64,000 bases of DNA from Acidobacteriota bacterium (GTDB lineage: Bacteria > Acidobacteriota > UBA6911 > RPQK01 > JADFOI01), in contig OY760074.1 in NCBI GenBank assembly GCA_963663035.1, forward strand, positions 2,976,001 through 3,040,000, in the 5' to 3' direction. The position numbers and the translations under genes are program-made. The notes under the pieces were generated by a model. It made no database searches. It worked only from the letters and a program-made list of their open reading frames with translations, and was not told the origin of the DNA. Below, piece after piece: positions 38,991 to 49,780 of the stretch (positions are counted from its first letter, which is position 1; every line of letters starts with the position of its first letter).

Positions 38991-39974
38991 ATGAGCGTCC
39001 GATCACTTTGGAAAAATGCTTTTGCAGCTTTTCTGGTCCTGGCTGTGTGCCAGATTGCGGTGGTGGCCCAGTACACCACTGAAGAATATGCAGCTTATGA
39101 AACTGCCATCAATGCCGACCTTGCCCAAAGAGAAGACACGATCATGGAGTTCATCACCACAAATCCAAGATCAACACTCGTCGAGTACGCGATTAGCAGT
39201 TATCTCCAGTTGATGCAGGAATATCAAAACCAAGGACAATCGCAAAACGTTTTCTCTGCCGGTGAGAAGCTTCTCTCGCTGAAACCGGATGAACTGAACA
39301 CACTTTACATGACGGCGATCGCTGCCTACCAGTTGCAGCAATTCACCCCAGCGACTGAATACGGTGAGAAGGTCTATGCCGAAAAACCCAGTGCTGGTCT
39401 TGCTTTTGTTCTGGCCAATTCCTACGGCCAGTTGAGAAATGAAGACAAGCAACTCCAGTACGGAGACACAGCGTGTTCAGAACTTGCCGCCAAGGATTGT
39501 TACCAGATCCTGAGCGCGATGGCCAAAATCTATGCCTCTCGCAAGGCGTGGGCTGAAGCCGCTCCCTATGCAGAGAAGGCGATTGAGGGCCTGGACGCAG
39601 CTGAAAGGCCCGCTCAGAGTCCAGAACAGGAGTGGAATACTTATCTGACTAAGGAAAAAGCCACTGCTTACACCATCGTCGGCCGAAAGGCCGCGGAAGG
39701 TAAAAACTGGACTACTGCAATTGGACACTACAGCAAAGTCTTGACACTATCCAACGATCCTGCGATGAAGGGCGAGGCCTACTTTTACACTGGAATGGGC
39801 CGCTGGGAGCAGCAGCAGCTGGAGCCAGCGATGGAAGCCTTTGCCCAGGGCTCCGTACAAAGAGGGGCGCCCCACGCCAAAAATTGCCGGCAATATCTGG
39901 AAACTCTGTACAAATCAGGCCATAACGACTCCTTGGCAGGCCTTGAAGAGTTTGTGGAGCGTGTGACCAACTAA
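38991..39974 (+). CDS. Secreted TPR-like protein
   Basis: GAAGGAGG SD, signal peptide, helical TPR-like repeats. Confidence 0.8.
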   Translation: MSVRSLWKNAFAAFLVLAVCQIAVVAQYTTEEYAAYETAINADLAQREDTIMEFITTNPRSTLVEYAISSYLQLMQEYQNQGQSQNVFSAGEKLLSLKPDELNTLYMTAIAAYQLQQFTPATEYGEKVYAEKPSAGLAFVLANSYGQLRNEDKQLQYGDTACSELAAKDCYQILSAMAKIYASRKAWAEAAPYAEKAIEGLDAAERPAQSPEQEWNTYLTKEKATAYTIVGRKAAEGKNWTTAIGHYSKVLTLSNDPAMKGEAYFYTGMGRWEQQQLEPAMEAFAQGSVQRGAPHAKNCRQYLETLYKSGHNDSLAGLEEFVERVTN

Positions 39975-40081
39975 GCCCCGTCAGAAGAGACAGGAACAAC
40001 CGAAAGCCCCCCCCACAGGGCCCGCCAATGTGCCCTTTGCCCTTTCATGCTCTCGTGCTAAGGTGAGAGTTCTGGCTAAAA

Positions 40082-40289
40082 GCCGGGATTATGCATAGGT
40101 TCTCGTAACGAAGTGGCGCAAGCGCCGCGATGACAAGGCGTGCGAGGGGTACCCGCCACGGGTCGGGCCCCGCAGGCGTACTCTTGCAGTACGCCGAGGA
40201 GCCCAAGGGGTACCCGCTTGCGGGTCGCACAACGCAGTCAGCGTGGATGATTGCGGCACTGCAGTAGAGAATTTATGCATACTCCCGGC
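40082..40289 (+). mobile_element. Structured repeat family A', copy 1 (208 bp)
   Basis: IR gccgggattatgcata / tatgcatactcccggc; core tgacaagg..caacgcagtca shared with family A; followed by TAA. Confidence 0.92.
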
Positions 40290-40317
40290 TAAGACATACC
40301 CCGAGTCAAGGGCACTC

Positions 40318-42561
40318 ATGCAGCCTTCGAAAAAAGACTATCTGAGCCATCTGAACGAACAGCAGAGATTTGCTGTCACCCAGACCGAAGGCCCAATGCT
40401 CATCCTGGCGGGAGCCGGGAGTGGAAAAACCCGAACGATCACTTACAAAATCGCCCATCTGATTGAGCAGGAAGTCTGCCGACCTGATCAAGTCCTGGCT
40501 GTGACCTTTACCAACAAAGCCGCTGAGGAGATGAGAAGTCGAGTCGAAGACTTACTGAAACATCTGGGTACTTCTCCTTTGGTTTGCACGTTTCACTCTT
40601 TCAGCGTTCGCGTGCTGCGGCGCTACGCTGACCTTATTGGGTATCGTACGGACTTCAGCATCTGTGACAGCGACGATCAGAAAAGGGTTATCAAGGCTGT
40701 CTACGAAGAACTCCACTTCACGGACAGCCAGCTCCCCATGAGAAAAGCTCGGGCGGCCATCAGTCGAGCCAAAAGCAATAACTGGGCCCCAGAAGAGTAT
40801 CTCGACAAGTCATCTGATCTCGCCCGCGAGGAACTTTCTCTCATCTACACCGCTTATGAGCGCTTTCTTTTGCGATCCAATGCCATGGATTTTGATGACC
40901 TGATCCTGCTAACCGTGCGCTTGTTGAAAAAGAACCATGAGGTTCGACAGAAATACGGTGAGTCCTACTCCCGTGTTCTGATTGACGAGTATCAGGATAC
41001 CAATCGTCCTCAGTATGACCTGATTAAGAATCTTACCGAGGTTCACCACAACATTACGGCTGTGGGAGACGATGATCAGTCCATCTATGGCTTTCGAGGC
41101 TCTGACATTGGAAACATTTTGCGCTTTGAAGCGGACTTCCCGGGAGCGACCATTGTCAAACTCGAGCAAAACTACCGCTCTAGTCAGAACATTCTGGATG
41201 CTGCAAGCAGCCTGGTGTCCAACAACCTGAATCGGAAGGGGAAAGTCCTCTGGACCGATCAACAGGCCGGTCAGCCAATCGAACTCTTCGCGGCGCCCGA
41301 CGCCAAGACTGAGGCAACTTTCGTTTCGAAGAAGATCCGCGAGCATCTCCAGAAGGGAGAAGAGGGGCTCGCCGTTTTGTATCGAACCAACTTCCAATCC
41401 CGACAATTTGAGGAAGCCTTTAGACGGTATGAGATTCCCTACAAGCTGATTGGAGGGACCAGTTTCTATCAGCGGAAAGAGGTCAAGGATGCACTGGCTT
41501 ACCTGCGAGTGGCCATGAATCCCAATGATAATGTCTCTTTCTTGAGGATTATGAATCGCCCCACACGAGGGATCGGCAAAGTGACAGAGGATCGCCTTCA
41601 TGGCAAGGCGCGAGATGAGCAGACAACCCTCTGGGAAGCCCTTCGAAAAGGCATAGAAGAGAACACTTTTCCCTCCCGAACACACCTGGTGTTGCAGCGT
41701 TTTTTCGAGCTCATATGCGAGTGTCAGGGCTTCCTGGAACTCCCTCTGTACCTATCCCTGGAAAAAATTCTGGAAGCCTGCGGCTATATCAAAGCCCTCA
41801 GGAGCGAGGATTCGGAAGAGGCTCATAATCGGACTCTGAATTTGGAAGAGTTGATCCTGCTGGCCAAAGAAAATGCAGAGCACGGATACACTTTTCAAGA
41901 GTTTCTCGACCACGCCGCGTTACGCTCCGAAGCGGACGATTATGACGAATCGGCAGCGGTCAGCCTCATGACCTTACACAATGCCAAAGGTCTTGAGTTT
42001 CCCATTGTTTTTCTAGTCGGTTGTGAAGAAGGACTCTTCCCACACAGCCGATCGGTGGCTGAGGATGATCTGGAGGAAGAGCGCCGCCTTTGTTATGTGG
42101 GGCTAACCCGGGCACAGAAGAAAATCTACCTCACCTATTCCCGTCTGCGTCGGTTTTTCGGCCGGGAGGGAGAAGAAATAAATCTTCCCAGCCGATTCTT
42201 ACAGGAGATTCCAGAACATCTCATCCGCGTCTCCTCCGGCCCTTTTCCGGTCGGTGAGTTTGTCCACCCCAGTGCCAGTCTTGGAGGATACCTGCAACGA
42301 CAAAAGCGTACCGGGACAGGTTTTGCAAAGACCCACGATTCAGTAGACAGCGTTCAAGGATTCTTGAACGAGCTCTCTCAGAAAAAAGGCAAATCAAAAA
42401 GCAATTTCATCTCCGGCGCGAGAATTGTCCACGAGAAGTTCGGTTACGGACAGATCCTTCGGGTCCAGGACACCGGCGACGACTTGAAGCTCACTGTACG
42501 ATTTCCGGGCCAGGGCATTAAACGGCTGCTACAGAGCTATGCCAAGTTGAAGCTGGTTTAG
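40318..42561 (+). CDS. pcrA: UvrD/PcrA DNA helicase
   Basis: LAGAGSGKT, TFTNKAA, IDEYQDTN, VGDDDQSIY, LEQNYRS, TLHNAKGLEF, EERRLCYV, C-terminal Tudor-like domain. Confidence 0.93.
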   Translation: MQPSKKDYLSHLNEQQRFAVTQTEGPMLILAGAGSGKTRTITYKIAHLIEQEVCRPDQVLAVTFTNKAAEEMRSRVEDLLKHLGTSPLVCTFHSFSVRVLRRYADLIGYRTDFSICDSDDQKRVIKAVYEELHFTDSQLPMRKARAAISRAKSNNWAPEEYLDKSSDLAREELSLIYTAYERFLLRSNAMDFDDLILLTVRLLKKNHEVRQKYGESYSRVLIDEYQDTNRPQYDLIKNLTEVHHNITAVGDDDQSIYGFRGSDIGNILRFEADFPGATIVKLEQNYRSSQNILDAASSLVSNNLNRKGKVLWTDQQAGQPIELFAAPDAKTEATFVSKKIREHLQKGEEGLAVLYRTNFQSRQFEEAFRRYEIPYKLIGGTSFYQRKEVKDALAYLRVAMNPNDNVSFLRIMNRPTRGIGKVTEDRLHGKARDEQTTLWEALRKGIEENTFPSRTHLVLQRFFELICECQGFLELPLYLSLEKILEACGYIKALRSEDSEEAHNRTLNLEELILLAKENAEHGYTFQEFLDHAALRSEADDYDESAAVSLMTLHNAKGLEFPIVFLVGCEEGLFPHSRSVAEDDLEEERRLCYVGLTRAQKKIYLTYSRLRRFFGREGEEINLPSRFLQEIPEHLIRVSSGPFPVGEFVHPSASLGGYLQRQKRTGTGFAKTHDSVDSVQGFLNELSQKKGKSKSNFISGARIVHEKFGYGQILRVQDTGDDLKLTVRFPGQGIKRLLQSYAKLKLV

Positions 42562-42832
42562 TGTCTCGTCCCATGTATACCCAGATGTTTGCTGATGGGG
42601 CTTGGGAGGGGAGATCAAGGAGCGAGGAGGAGGTGATGCCGGGACATCGACGACGACGAGCGACGCAGAGATCGCCCGCAACCCCCATCAGCCCGAAGGG
42701 TGGCGGCGGGACGGCATCGATTTCTTTGTCGCTCCTCCTCCACGATGTCACTGACATCGCGTCGTCGTCGCTTCGCGAACTCGACGCCGTCGCGTTCGCC
42801 ACAAACGTCATGGTATTCATGGGACGAGACAC
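42561..42832 (+). mobile_element. Structured repeat family B, copy B1 (272 bp)
   Basis: 21-bp IR gtgtctcgtcccatgtatacc / ggtattcatgggacgagacac; internal homology to B2-B4; begins on the pcrA TAG. Confidence 0.92.
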
Positions 42833-42836
42833 TGAA

Positions 42837-42860
42837 GCCCGCCTTATGCATAATGCGGGC
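42837..42860. repeat. 24-bp collapsed A/A'-type palindrome
   Basis: gcccgccttatgcataatgcgggc: A-type outer ends around the A' TTATGCATAA core. Confidence 0.75.
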
Positions 42861-42886
42861 TAGTACTGAGGTTATAAGGTTTTTCA

Positions 42887-44233
42887 GTGCAGGCACTCAA
42901 TAACTTTTTTTCAGTAGCTGTAGACTATGCCTGGGGCGCTCCCCTGCTCCTACTGTTATTAGGCGGCGGTTTCATCCTCACCATCTACTCCAGGTTCTTG
43001 CCCTTTGCCGGTGCCAAACACACCCTTGAAATTCTTCGGGGGAAGTTCGATCGGGAGGAGGATCCAGGTGACATTAGCCACTTCCAAGCCTTGAGCACCG
43101 CCCTCTCCGCCACCATTGGCATGGGAAACATAGGGGGAGTTGCCATTGCCATTACCCAAGGCGGTCCGGGAGCGGTTTTTTGGATGTGGATGGCAGCTCT
43201 TGTGGGGATGGCGACCAAGTTCTTCACTTGCACATTGGCCGTCATGTATCGAGGGAAAGATAGCCTGGGAGAAATCCAAGGCGGTCCCATGTACTACATC
43301 GAGCTGGGATTGGGCCAGAAATTCCGCTTCCTGGCCGTTTTCTTCAGCCTTTGTGGGACCATTGGATGTCTGGCCCTGTTTCAGGCCAATCAAGTGGCGG
43401 AGATCCTGACTGAGGCCTACGGAGTGGAAACCTGGATCACCGGCCTTGCCTTAAGTGTTCTGGTTGGTGTGGTCATTGTGGGTGGGCTGAAAAGAATCGC
43501 AAAGGTCGCCAGCCGTGTGGTTCCCACCATGTGTTTGCTGTACCTGGTGGTCTCTGTTTATGTGCTCGTAAGCCATTACCAGCTGATCCCTCAAGTCTTC
43601 TCTCAAATTCTTCACGATGCCTTCACCGGCTCAGCCGCCGCGGGAGGAGTAGCCGGTATTTCAATGATGACGGTCTTCCAGACGGGTATCAAGAGAGCCG
43701 CCTTCTCCAATGAAGCGGGTCTTGGGACAGCACCTATGGCCCATGGTGCAGCCAAAACCACCGAACCCGTCAGAGAAGGATTGGTGGCAATGATCGGTCC
43801 CTTCATCGACACCATCGGGATCTGTTCTTTGACTGCTTTCGTGATCTTGTCCAGCGGAAACTGGCAGGTCGGCGGAGTCAAGGGCGTTTCTCTCACGATT
43901 CAGGCCTTTGAGGCGGTTATGGGAGGCTTCGGGAAGGTGGTTCTGGTGGCCATTGTGCTGCTCTTTGGCATCTCCACGATGTTCGGCTACTCATACTATG
44001 GCAAGAAGTGTTTCAACTATCTCTTTGGCGCAGAAAATGGTCGAATCTATGAGTTCTTTTATCTAGCGATGCTTTTCGTAGGGGCTGTCTGGAGTGCAAG
44101 CCTGGTGGTCAACCTGATCGATACCGTCTTTGCGATGATGGCTCTGCCTAACATGCTGGCGACCTTACTTCTGGCTCCCAGGGTCATGGAAGCAACCAAA
44201 GTCTACCTCTCCCGCTATCGTCCCGCCTCTTGA
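42887..44233 (+). CDS. Alanine/glycine:cation symporter (AGCS family)
   Basis: ALSATIGMGNI, GGPGAVFWMW, GGPMYYI, FSNEAGLGTAP, PFIDT. Confidence 0.94.
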   Translation: MQALNNFFSVAVDYAWGAPLLLLLLGGGFILTIYSRFLPFAGAKHTLEILRGKFDREEDPGDISHFQALSTALSATIGMGNIGGVAIAITQGGPGAVFWMWMAALVGMATKFFTCTLAVMYRGKDSLGEIQGGPMYYIELGLGQKFRFLAVFFSLCGTIGCLALFQANQVAEILTEAYGVETWITGLALSVLVGVVIVGGLKRIAKVASRVVPTMCLLYLVVSVYVLVSHYQLIPQVFSQILHDAFTGSAAAGGVAGISMMTVFQTGIKRAAFSNEAGLGTAPMAHGAAKTTEPVREGLVAMIGPFIDTIGICSLTAFVILSSGNWQVGGVKGVSLTIQAFEAVMGGFGKVVLVAIVLLFGISTMFGYSYYGKKCFNYLFGAENGRIYEFFYLAMLFVGAVWSASLVVNLIDTVFAMMALPNMLATLLLAPRVMEATKVYLSRYRPAS

Positions 44234-44400
44234 GATTGATCGACCCAAGAGGGCTCTGCTCATGGTCTTGGGCAGTGAGCGTGTGATAAAATCGAAAGTT
44301 GAGGAACGCTTTTCACTCTGAAACGTAATTAAATCGAACACGATTGAGTGAAATGAAAGAAGAGGCGTCTGCCCCATATGAGACTAAGCTGGAGGTTTTC

Positions 44401-46050
44401 ATGGCCGAAGTAAAGAAGTTTCTGACATCCAAACAGGGAATCACTTTCCTGGCACTTTTCATCACTCTGCTGCTGGGAATCACCATTGGGACCCTTGTTT
44501 CCGATCGCGTGCTGAGTGCCCAAGAGAACGAGGCTCCGGTGGCGCTGTTAAAGATTCAAGGTGAAGGGTTGCCCTTGCTCTTAGATGAGACAGACTTTCT
44601 GGGGAAAGGATTTGCTCTGATCGCCAAGACCGTTGAGCCTGCCGTTGTCAACATCAGCACCACGGCGATTATCCGCACCAACACTCCGCAGCAAAGAGGG
44701 ACTCCTGAAGACCTTCGAGACTTTTTCGGAGAGGATTTCTGGGAGCGCTTTTTCGGACCCATGGCTCCTCAGGAGAGGAAGACAACCAGTCTGGGCTCAG
44801 GCGTGATCGTGGACAGCAGCGGATATGTCCTCACCAATTACCACGTAGTGGCTCCCTCTGTTACCCGTCAGGGTACGAGACGAATTGCTGACAAGATCGA
44901 AGTCAAGCTGTCCTCCGGCGAGACCTACCTGGCACGAATCGTCGGGGGAGATCCTGAGTCGGATCTGGGAGTTTTAAAGATCAATGCTCCTGACCCCTTA
45001 CCCTTTGCCAAGGTGGGTGACACCTCGAAGATGCAAGTCGGCGACTGGGTACTGGCCATTGGGAACCCATTCGGAGTCGGTCAGACCGTCACTTCAGGTA
45101 TCGTTTCGGCTACAGGACGGGTGATTCCCACCGCTACGATTTTTGGCGACTATATCCAAACCGACGCGGCCATTAATCCGGGAAACAGTGGTGGCCCGCT
45201 GGTGAATGTGCGCGGTGAGGTTATCGGAATCAACACCTTCATTCTCACCCGAAGCGGTGGCTCCCAGGGAGTGGGATTCTCGATTCCCTCCTCGGTCTTT
45301 ATCAATTCTTACAACCAGCTTGTGACCAAAGGAAAGATTGAGCGGGGCTGGCTCGGGGTCACCATGAACTCCTATCCGTTGTCCGAGGAGCTCAGTGAAT
45401 TCTTTGGTGTCGCCGGGAATGATCCCACGGGAATTCGAGACGGAGACGGAGTTCTCATAACCCAACTCATTGATGAAAAGGGCTCCCCTGCTGAGACCGG
45501 ACCCGCTTACCTGGCCGGCATGCGGGCCGAAGATGTGATTGTAAAGTTTGGGGACCGGGAGACCGAGATCACCTTTGATGTGCGTGTAGCAGTGGCTAAT
45601 ACTCCCCCAGGGGAAGTCGTTCCCGTGACCGTGGTTCGAAAAGGGGAAGTCCTGAATCTGACCGTGACACTGGCGGAAAGAACTCTTGACCAGCAGGAAC
45701 AAGAGGATACCGGACTTTCTTTCGAACAGCAAAGAGAGGAAGAACGAGACAAGGAAATCGGCCTGGAGTTCGAAACGCTGTCGGCTCAAGATGCGGAAAG
45801 ACTGAATATAGAAGACGAGAGAGGAGTGCTGATCCGTGACGTAGCTCCCGGGAGCTTGGCCGATGAAGCCGGGCTATCTCGTACTCAGGTGATTACCAAT
45901 GTCAATGGCATTCCCGTGAGTACTGCCCAACAGTTGTACGACCAAATCAATTCCATGGACTCCGGTGCCGGCGTTGTTCTTCGTGTGATTTGGCTGACCC
46001 CGCAAGATCGGCGACTCAATATCGGCTATGCTGCATTCACAAAGCCTTAG
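44401..46050 (+). CDS. HtrA/DegP-family serine protease with two PDZ domains
   Basis: LGSGVIV, TNYHVV, SDLG, QTDAAINPGNSGG; GGAGG before ATG 44401. Confidence 0.93.
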   Translation: MAEVKKFLTSKQGITFLALFITLLLGITIGTLVSDRVLSAQENEAPVALLKIQGEGLPLLLDETDFLGKGFALIAKTVEPAVVNISTTAIIRTNTPQQRGTPEDLRDFFGEDFWERFFGPMAPQERKTTSLGSGVIVDSSGYVLTNYHVVAPSVTRQGTRRIADKIEVKLSSGETYLARIVGGDPESDLGVLKINAPDPLPFAKVGDTSKMQVGDWVLAIGNPFGVGQTVTSGIVSATGRVIPTATIFGDYIQTDAAINPGNSGGPLVNVRGEVIGINTFILTRSGGSQGVGFSIPSSVFINSYNQLVTKGKIERGWLGVTMNSYPLSEELSEFFGVAGNDPTGIRDGDGVLITQLIDEKGSPAETGPAYLAGMRAEDVIVKFGDRETEITFDVRVAVANTPPGEVVPVTVVRKGEVLNLTVTLAERTLDQQEQEDTGLSFEQQREEERDKEIGLEFETLSAQDAERLNIEDERGVLIRDVAPGSLADEAGLSRTQVITNVNGIPVSTAQQLYDQINSMDSGAGVVLRVIWLTPQDRRLNIGYAAFTKP

Positions 46051-46317
46051 TACTCCCTTTCATAAATACGGTGACGTTTGCGGAAGGGGCTTGCGAGGCG
46101 AGATCGCGAAAAGAGGAGGAGGCGATGCAGGGCCATCGACGACGACGAGAGACAAAGAGATCGCCCGCAACCCCCTTCCGCCCAAAGGGTTGGGGCGGGA
46201 CGTGCCCATCTCTTTGTTTTCCTCCTCGCCGATGTCTCTGCATCGACTCGTCGTCGGGCCTCGAGCTGGGCCCGTCCCGCTCCCAACAAACGTTACCTTA
46301 TTTATGACGGTGAGTAC
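46050..46317 (+). mobile_element. Structured repeat family B, copy B2 (268 bp)
   Basis: About 31-bp imperfect IR gtactccctttcataaata / tatttatgacggtgagtac; TTA on both sides; begins on the htrA TAG. Confidence 0.93.
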
Positions 46318-46346
46318 TTAAGTACTCAGTGCCCAATGATGCACCT

Positions 46347-47834
46347 ATGGCCAAGGCCAAGGCATACAAAAACCTGATTGCCGGCGAATGGGTGAAATCC
46401 ACCTCCGGTCGCACCTTTGAAAATCGCAATCCTGCCGACCACCGTGAGCTCATTGGCTCCTTCCAGGACTCCACTGCGGATGACGTCGAGCAGGCAGTAG
46501 CTGCCGCCTGCCAAGCATACTCACCGTGGCGCCTGACTCCAGCGCCCAAAAGGGGGGAGATCCTCTTTCGGGTGGGGGAAATCCTTACCCGTCGCAAAGA
46601 AGAACTCGCATACGACATGACCCGAGAAATGGGAAAGGTTCTGCTGGAGACACGGGGAGACGTTCAGGAGGCCATCGACATGGCCTATTGGATGGCGGGT
46701 GAAGGGCGACGGATGTACGGTCACACGACTCCCTCAGAACTGCGGGATAAATTCAACATGAGTATGCGCATGCCGATCGGCGTCTGCGGAATCATCTCAC
46801 CCTGGAACTTTCCCATCGCCATCCCCAGCTGGAAGATCCTTCCTGCCCTGGTGTGTGGAAATACCTGCGTGTTCAAGCCTGCTTCCGATAGTCCGCTCAC
46901 TGCCGTACATTTCATGGAGGTCCTTGAGGAGGCAGGTCTACCGAAAGGGGTTGCCAATTTGGTCACGGGAACAGGAGCTCGGACTGGAAGTGCTCTGGTT
47001 GAACACAAGGACGTCAGGGTCGTTTCCTTCACTGGATCAACCGCTACGGGAAGAATCGTCGCACAAAAGTGTGCTCAGGACTTCAAGAAACATAACCTGG
47101 AGATGGGTGGGAAAAACGCCATCATGGTGATGGAGGATGCCAACCTGGAACTGGCAGTTGAGGGCGCCCTTTGGGGAGGCTTTGGTACCAGTGGACAGCG
47201 ATGCACAGCCTCTAGCCGGGTGATCGTTCACAAGAAGGTTTACAAAACCTTTGTTAATGAATTTATTGAGCACACCAAGAAATTGCGCCTTGGAAATGGG
47301 CTGGAACCCACGACTGAAATGGGTCCTGTAATCAACGAAAAGCAGAAGAAGTCGATTCTCCGGTGGATAGCTATAGGCAAGAAGGAAGGCGCGCGACTTC
47401 TCTGGGGTGGGAACCCTGTGGAGGAAGGAAGCTATCAACACGGCCATTTCATTGAACCCACTATCTTCGGAGATGTGGACCCGCAGATGCAGATCGCCCA
47501 GGAAGAGATCTTCGGTCCGGTAGTTTCTGTGATTCCCTGCTCCTCTTTTGAAGAGGCAATCGAATTCGGCAACAGTGTTCGATATGGCCTGTCCGCCGCG
47601 ATTTATACGCAGGATTTGAACAAAGCATTCGTAGCAATGAGGGAGATGGAGACGGGAATTTTCTACGTCAATGCTCCCACCATAGGGGCGGAAATACACC
47701 TGCCTTTTGGGGGAATCAAGGAGACCGGTAACGGTCACAGAGAAGCGGCAGAAGCAACTTTGGATGTGTTCTCCGAGTGGAAGGCAGTGTACCTGGATTT
47801 CAGTGGACATCTGCAACGAGCACAAATTGACTAG
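46347..47834 (+). CDS. NAD(P)-dependent aldehyde dehydrogenase
   Basis: PWNFP, FTGS, LEMGGKN, GQRCTA, EEIFGPV, PFGGIK. Confidence 0.94.
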   Translation: MAKAKAYKNLIAGEWVKSTSGRTFENRNPADHRELIGSFQDSTADDVEQAVAAACQAYSPWRLTPAPKRGEILFRVGEILTRRKEELAYDMTREMGKVLLETRGDVQEAIDMAYWMAGEGRRMYGHTTPSELRDKFNMSMRMPIGVCGIISPWNFPIAIPSWKILPALVCGNTCVFKPASDSPLTAVHFMEVLEEAGLPKGVANLVTGTGARTGSALVEHKDVRVVSFTGSTATGRIVAQKCAQDFKKHNLEMGGKNAIMVMEDANLELAVEGALWGGFGTSGQRCTASSRVIVHKKVYKTFVNEFIEHTKKLRLGNGLEPTTEMGPVINEKQKKSILRWIAIGKKEGARLLWGGNPVEEGSYQHGHFIEPTIFGDVDPQMQIAQEEIFGPVVSVIPCSSFEEAIEFGNSVRYGLSAAIYTQDLNKAFVAMREMETGIFYVNAPTIGAEIHLPFGGIKETGNGHREAAEATLDVFSEWKAVYLDFSGHLQRAQID

Positions 47835-47853
47835 AACAAGCACCTAAATCACC

Positions 47854-48966
47854 GTGAACATCGGCCTTCCCAAAGAAGTCAAAGACAATGAGTATCGCGT
47901 GGGATTAGTCCCTGCCGGTGTGCATGCCCTGGGGGAAGATGGCCATTCCGTCTTTGTGGAGAAAGGTGCCGGATTGGGTTCGGGCTTCTCCGATGAGGAA
48001 TACGCCATAGCAGGCGCCCAGATTGTGGAGAGCGCAAACGATCTGTTTGGCCGCAGCGACATGGTGGTAAAGGTTAAGGAACCCATCGAGGAGGAATATC
48101 CGAGACTTCGAGAAGGGCAAATTCTAGCCAGTTACTTGCACCTGGCACCCCTTCCAGAGCTAACCGAAGCTCTCTTGGCCAAGAAGGTCATCGGCGTGGC
48201 CTACGAGACAATCAGAAATGAGGGTGGGAGCCTGCCTCTGTTGACGCCCATGAGTGAGGTAGCGGGGCGAATGTCTATCACGGTCGGGTCCCATTACCTG
48301 CAAAAGCCCGAAGGAGGACGCGGTGTCCTCTTGGGTGGTGCCCCTGGAGTCCGCCCAGCTCTTGTATTGATCGTTGGGGGAGGTACCGTCGGGATCAACG
48401 CAGCCAAAATGGCACTTGGCTTGGGGGCGCAGGTTTGCATCCTTGACGTGGAAGTGGATCGCCTGCGAGTCATTGACGATCTTTTCCTCGGCCGGATCGA
48501 GACCCTCATCTCTAATACCTATAATATTGCCCAGGTGATCGAGGGAGCCGATCTCGTGATCGGGGCGGTGCTCATTCCCGGTGCCAACACACCCAAAATC
48601 ATTACCCGCAAGATGGTCTCCTCGATGCAGTCCGGGTCGGTGATCGTTGACGTGGCAGTGGACCAGGGAGGGTGTTGCGAGACAACGCGGCCCACCACCC
48701 ACAGTGAACCCGTGTACACAGTCGATGGAGTCGTGCACTATTGCGTCACCAACATGCCAGGAGCCATGCCACGGACCGCCACCTTCGCGCTGACCAATGC
48801 AACGGTTCCGTACATTCGTAAGATCGCCGCTTTGGGAATGAAGGATGCAATACAAGATAATCCTCTTTTAAAAGATGGAGTAAACGTGTACAAAGGTCAC
48901 GTTACCTTTAGACCCGTGGCCGATTCTCAGGCTTTACCTTATCGCGACCTCGATGAACTCTTGTAA
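47854..48966 (+). CDS. ald: Alanine dehydrogenase
   Basis: [40 protein letters not shown]. Confidence 0.96.
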   Translation: MNIGLPKEVKDNEYRVGLVPAGVHALGEDGHSVFVEKGAGLGSGFSDEEYAIAGAQIVESANDLFGRSDMVVKVKEPIEEEYPRLREGQILASYLHLAPLPELTEALLAKKVIGVAYETIRNEGGSLPLLTPMSEVAGRMSITVGSHYLQKPEGGRGVLLGGAPGVRPALVLIVGGGTVGINAAKMALGLGAQVCILDVEVDRLRVIDDLFLGRIETLISNTYNIAQVIEGADLVIGAVLIPGANTPKIITRKMVSSMQSGSVIVDVAVDQGGCCETTRPTTHSEPVYTVDGVVHYCVTNMPGAMPRTATFALTNATVPYIRKIAALGMKDAIQDNPLLKDGVNVYKGHVTFRPVADSQALPYRDLDELL

Positions 48967-49780
48967 CAGTTGGGTCTACATAGTTGATCCACCGAAGTCG
49001 GGAGTGGAGAATATGAAGCTCGACAGAGAACTTCTTCACTGGGTAGAGAAGTGTTCGGCCAAGATCACGGTGGTCCGATTCTATCGCTGGGCGGTGCCCA
49101 CAATCTCTCTTGGGAAACACCAGAAGGCTGAGGAAGCAGTAGACCAGATCTATTGCCAGCGGGAGGCCATCCCCATCGTACGTCGACCGACAGGTGGTCG
49201 AGCCGTCTTTCACGACGATGAGCTCACCTATTCACTCGTATCCAACCATCGCCAGTACTTCTCATTGGAGAGCGTGGGAGAAACCTATCGAGTGATCGCT
49301 GCCGGGCTGAAGGCGGGACTACGGCGCCTGGGGGTCTCTGCCCAGTTGGCTGAGCCGTCCCCCCACTCGCCACTGGTTCCACAGTCAGGACGGCAGAATC
49401 CCTGTTTCTTGTCCCCCTCTCAGTATGAACTACTGCTGCGTGGCTACAAGATAGTGGGAAGTGCGCAGAGGCGCTTGAAACGAAGTTTTCTGCAGCACGG
49501 CTCGATTCCACTGCAGGTCGACTATCCGCAGATGGCTGCAGCCCTTGGTATCCCGGAGAAAGTGCTCAGGAAGAACCTTCTCTCGATCTCCGAGGCCAGT
49601 GGACATCAGGTCTGTTTTGCAGCCTTGTGTAAAGCACTCAAAGAGGGTTTGGAGGAAACTTTCCAGGTTCAGCTGAGAATCTTTCGTCAGGATGCGAGCG
49701 CACCTCAATTCTCCGCCTTGCGACTTTTACGGCAAAATTGCGTCCCATTAGACGATTATACTTACAGGGTTCGCCAATGA
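48953..49780 (+). CDS. Lipoate-protein ligase / octanoyltransferase (LipM-like)
   Basis: [30 protein letters not shown]. Confidence 0.88.
   Translation: MNSCNSWVYIVDPPKSGVENMKLDRELLHWVEKCSAKITVVRFYRWAVPTISLGKHQKAEEAVDQIYCQREAIPIVRRPTGGRAVFHDDELTYSLVSNHRQYFSLESVGETYRVIAAGLKAGLRRLGVSAQLAEPSPHSPLVPQSGRQNPCFLSPSQYELLLRGYKIVGSAQRRLKRSFLQHGSIPLQVDYPQMAAALGIPEKVLRKNLLSISEASGHQVCFAALCKALKEGLEETFQVQLRIFRQDASAPQFSALRLLRQNCVPLDDYTYRVRQ

Noticed and set aside
40243-40317. Extended pcrA N-terminus from a GTG inside the A' element
   Set aside because: ATG 40318 gives a normal UvrD start just before LNEQQ.
42518-42903. Overlapping ORFs in many frames across family B copies (also 45990-46377, 54308-54811, 61348-61851), with an internal GGAGG..ATG
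   Set aside because: Copies differ by frameshifting indels and the peptides diverge. The lack of stops is explained by GC-rich palindromic sequence.
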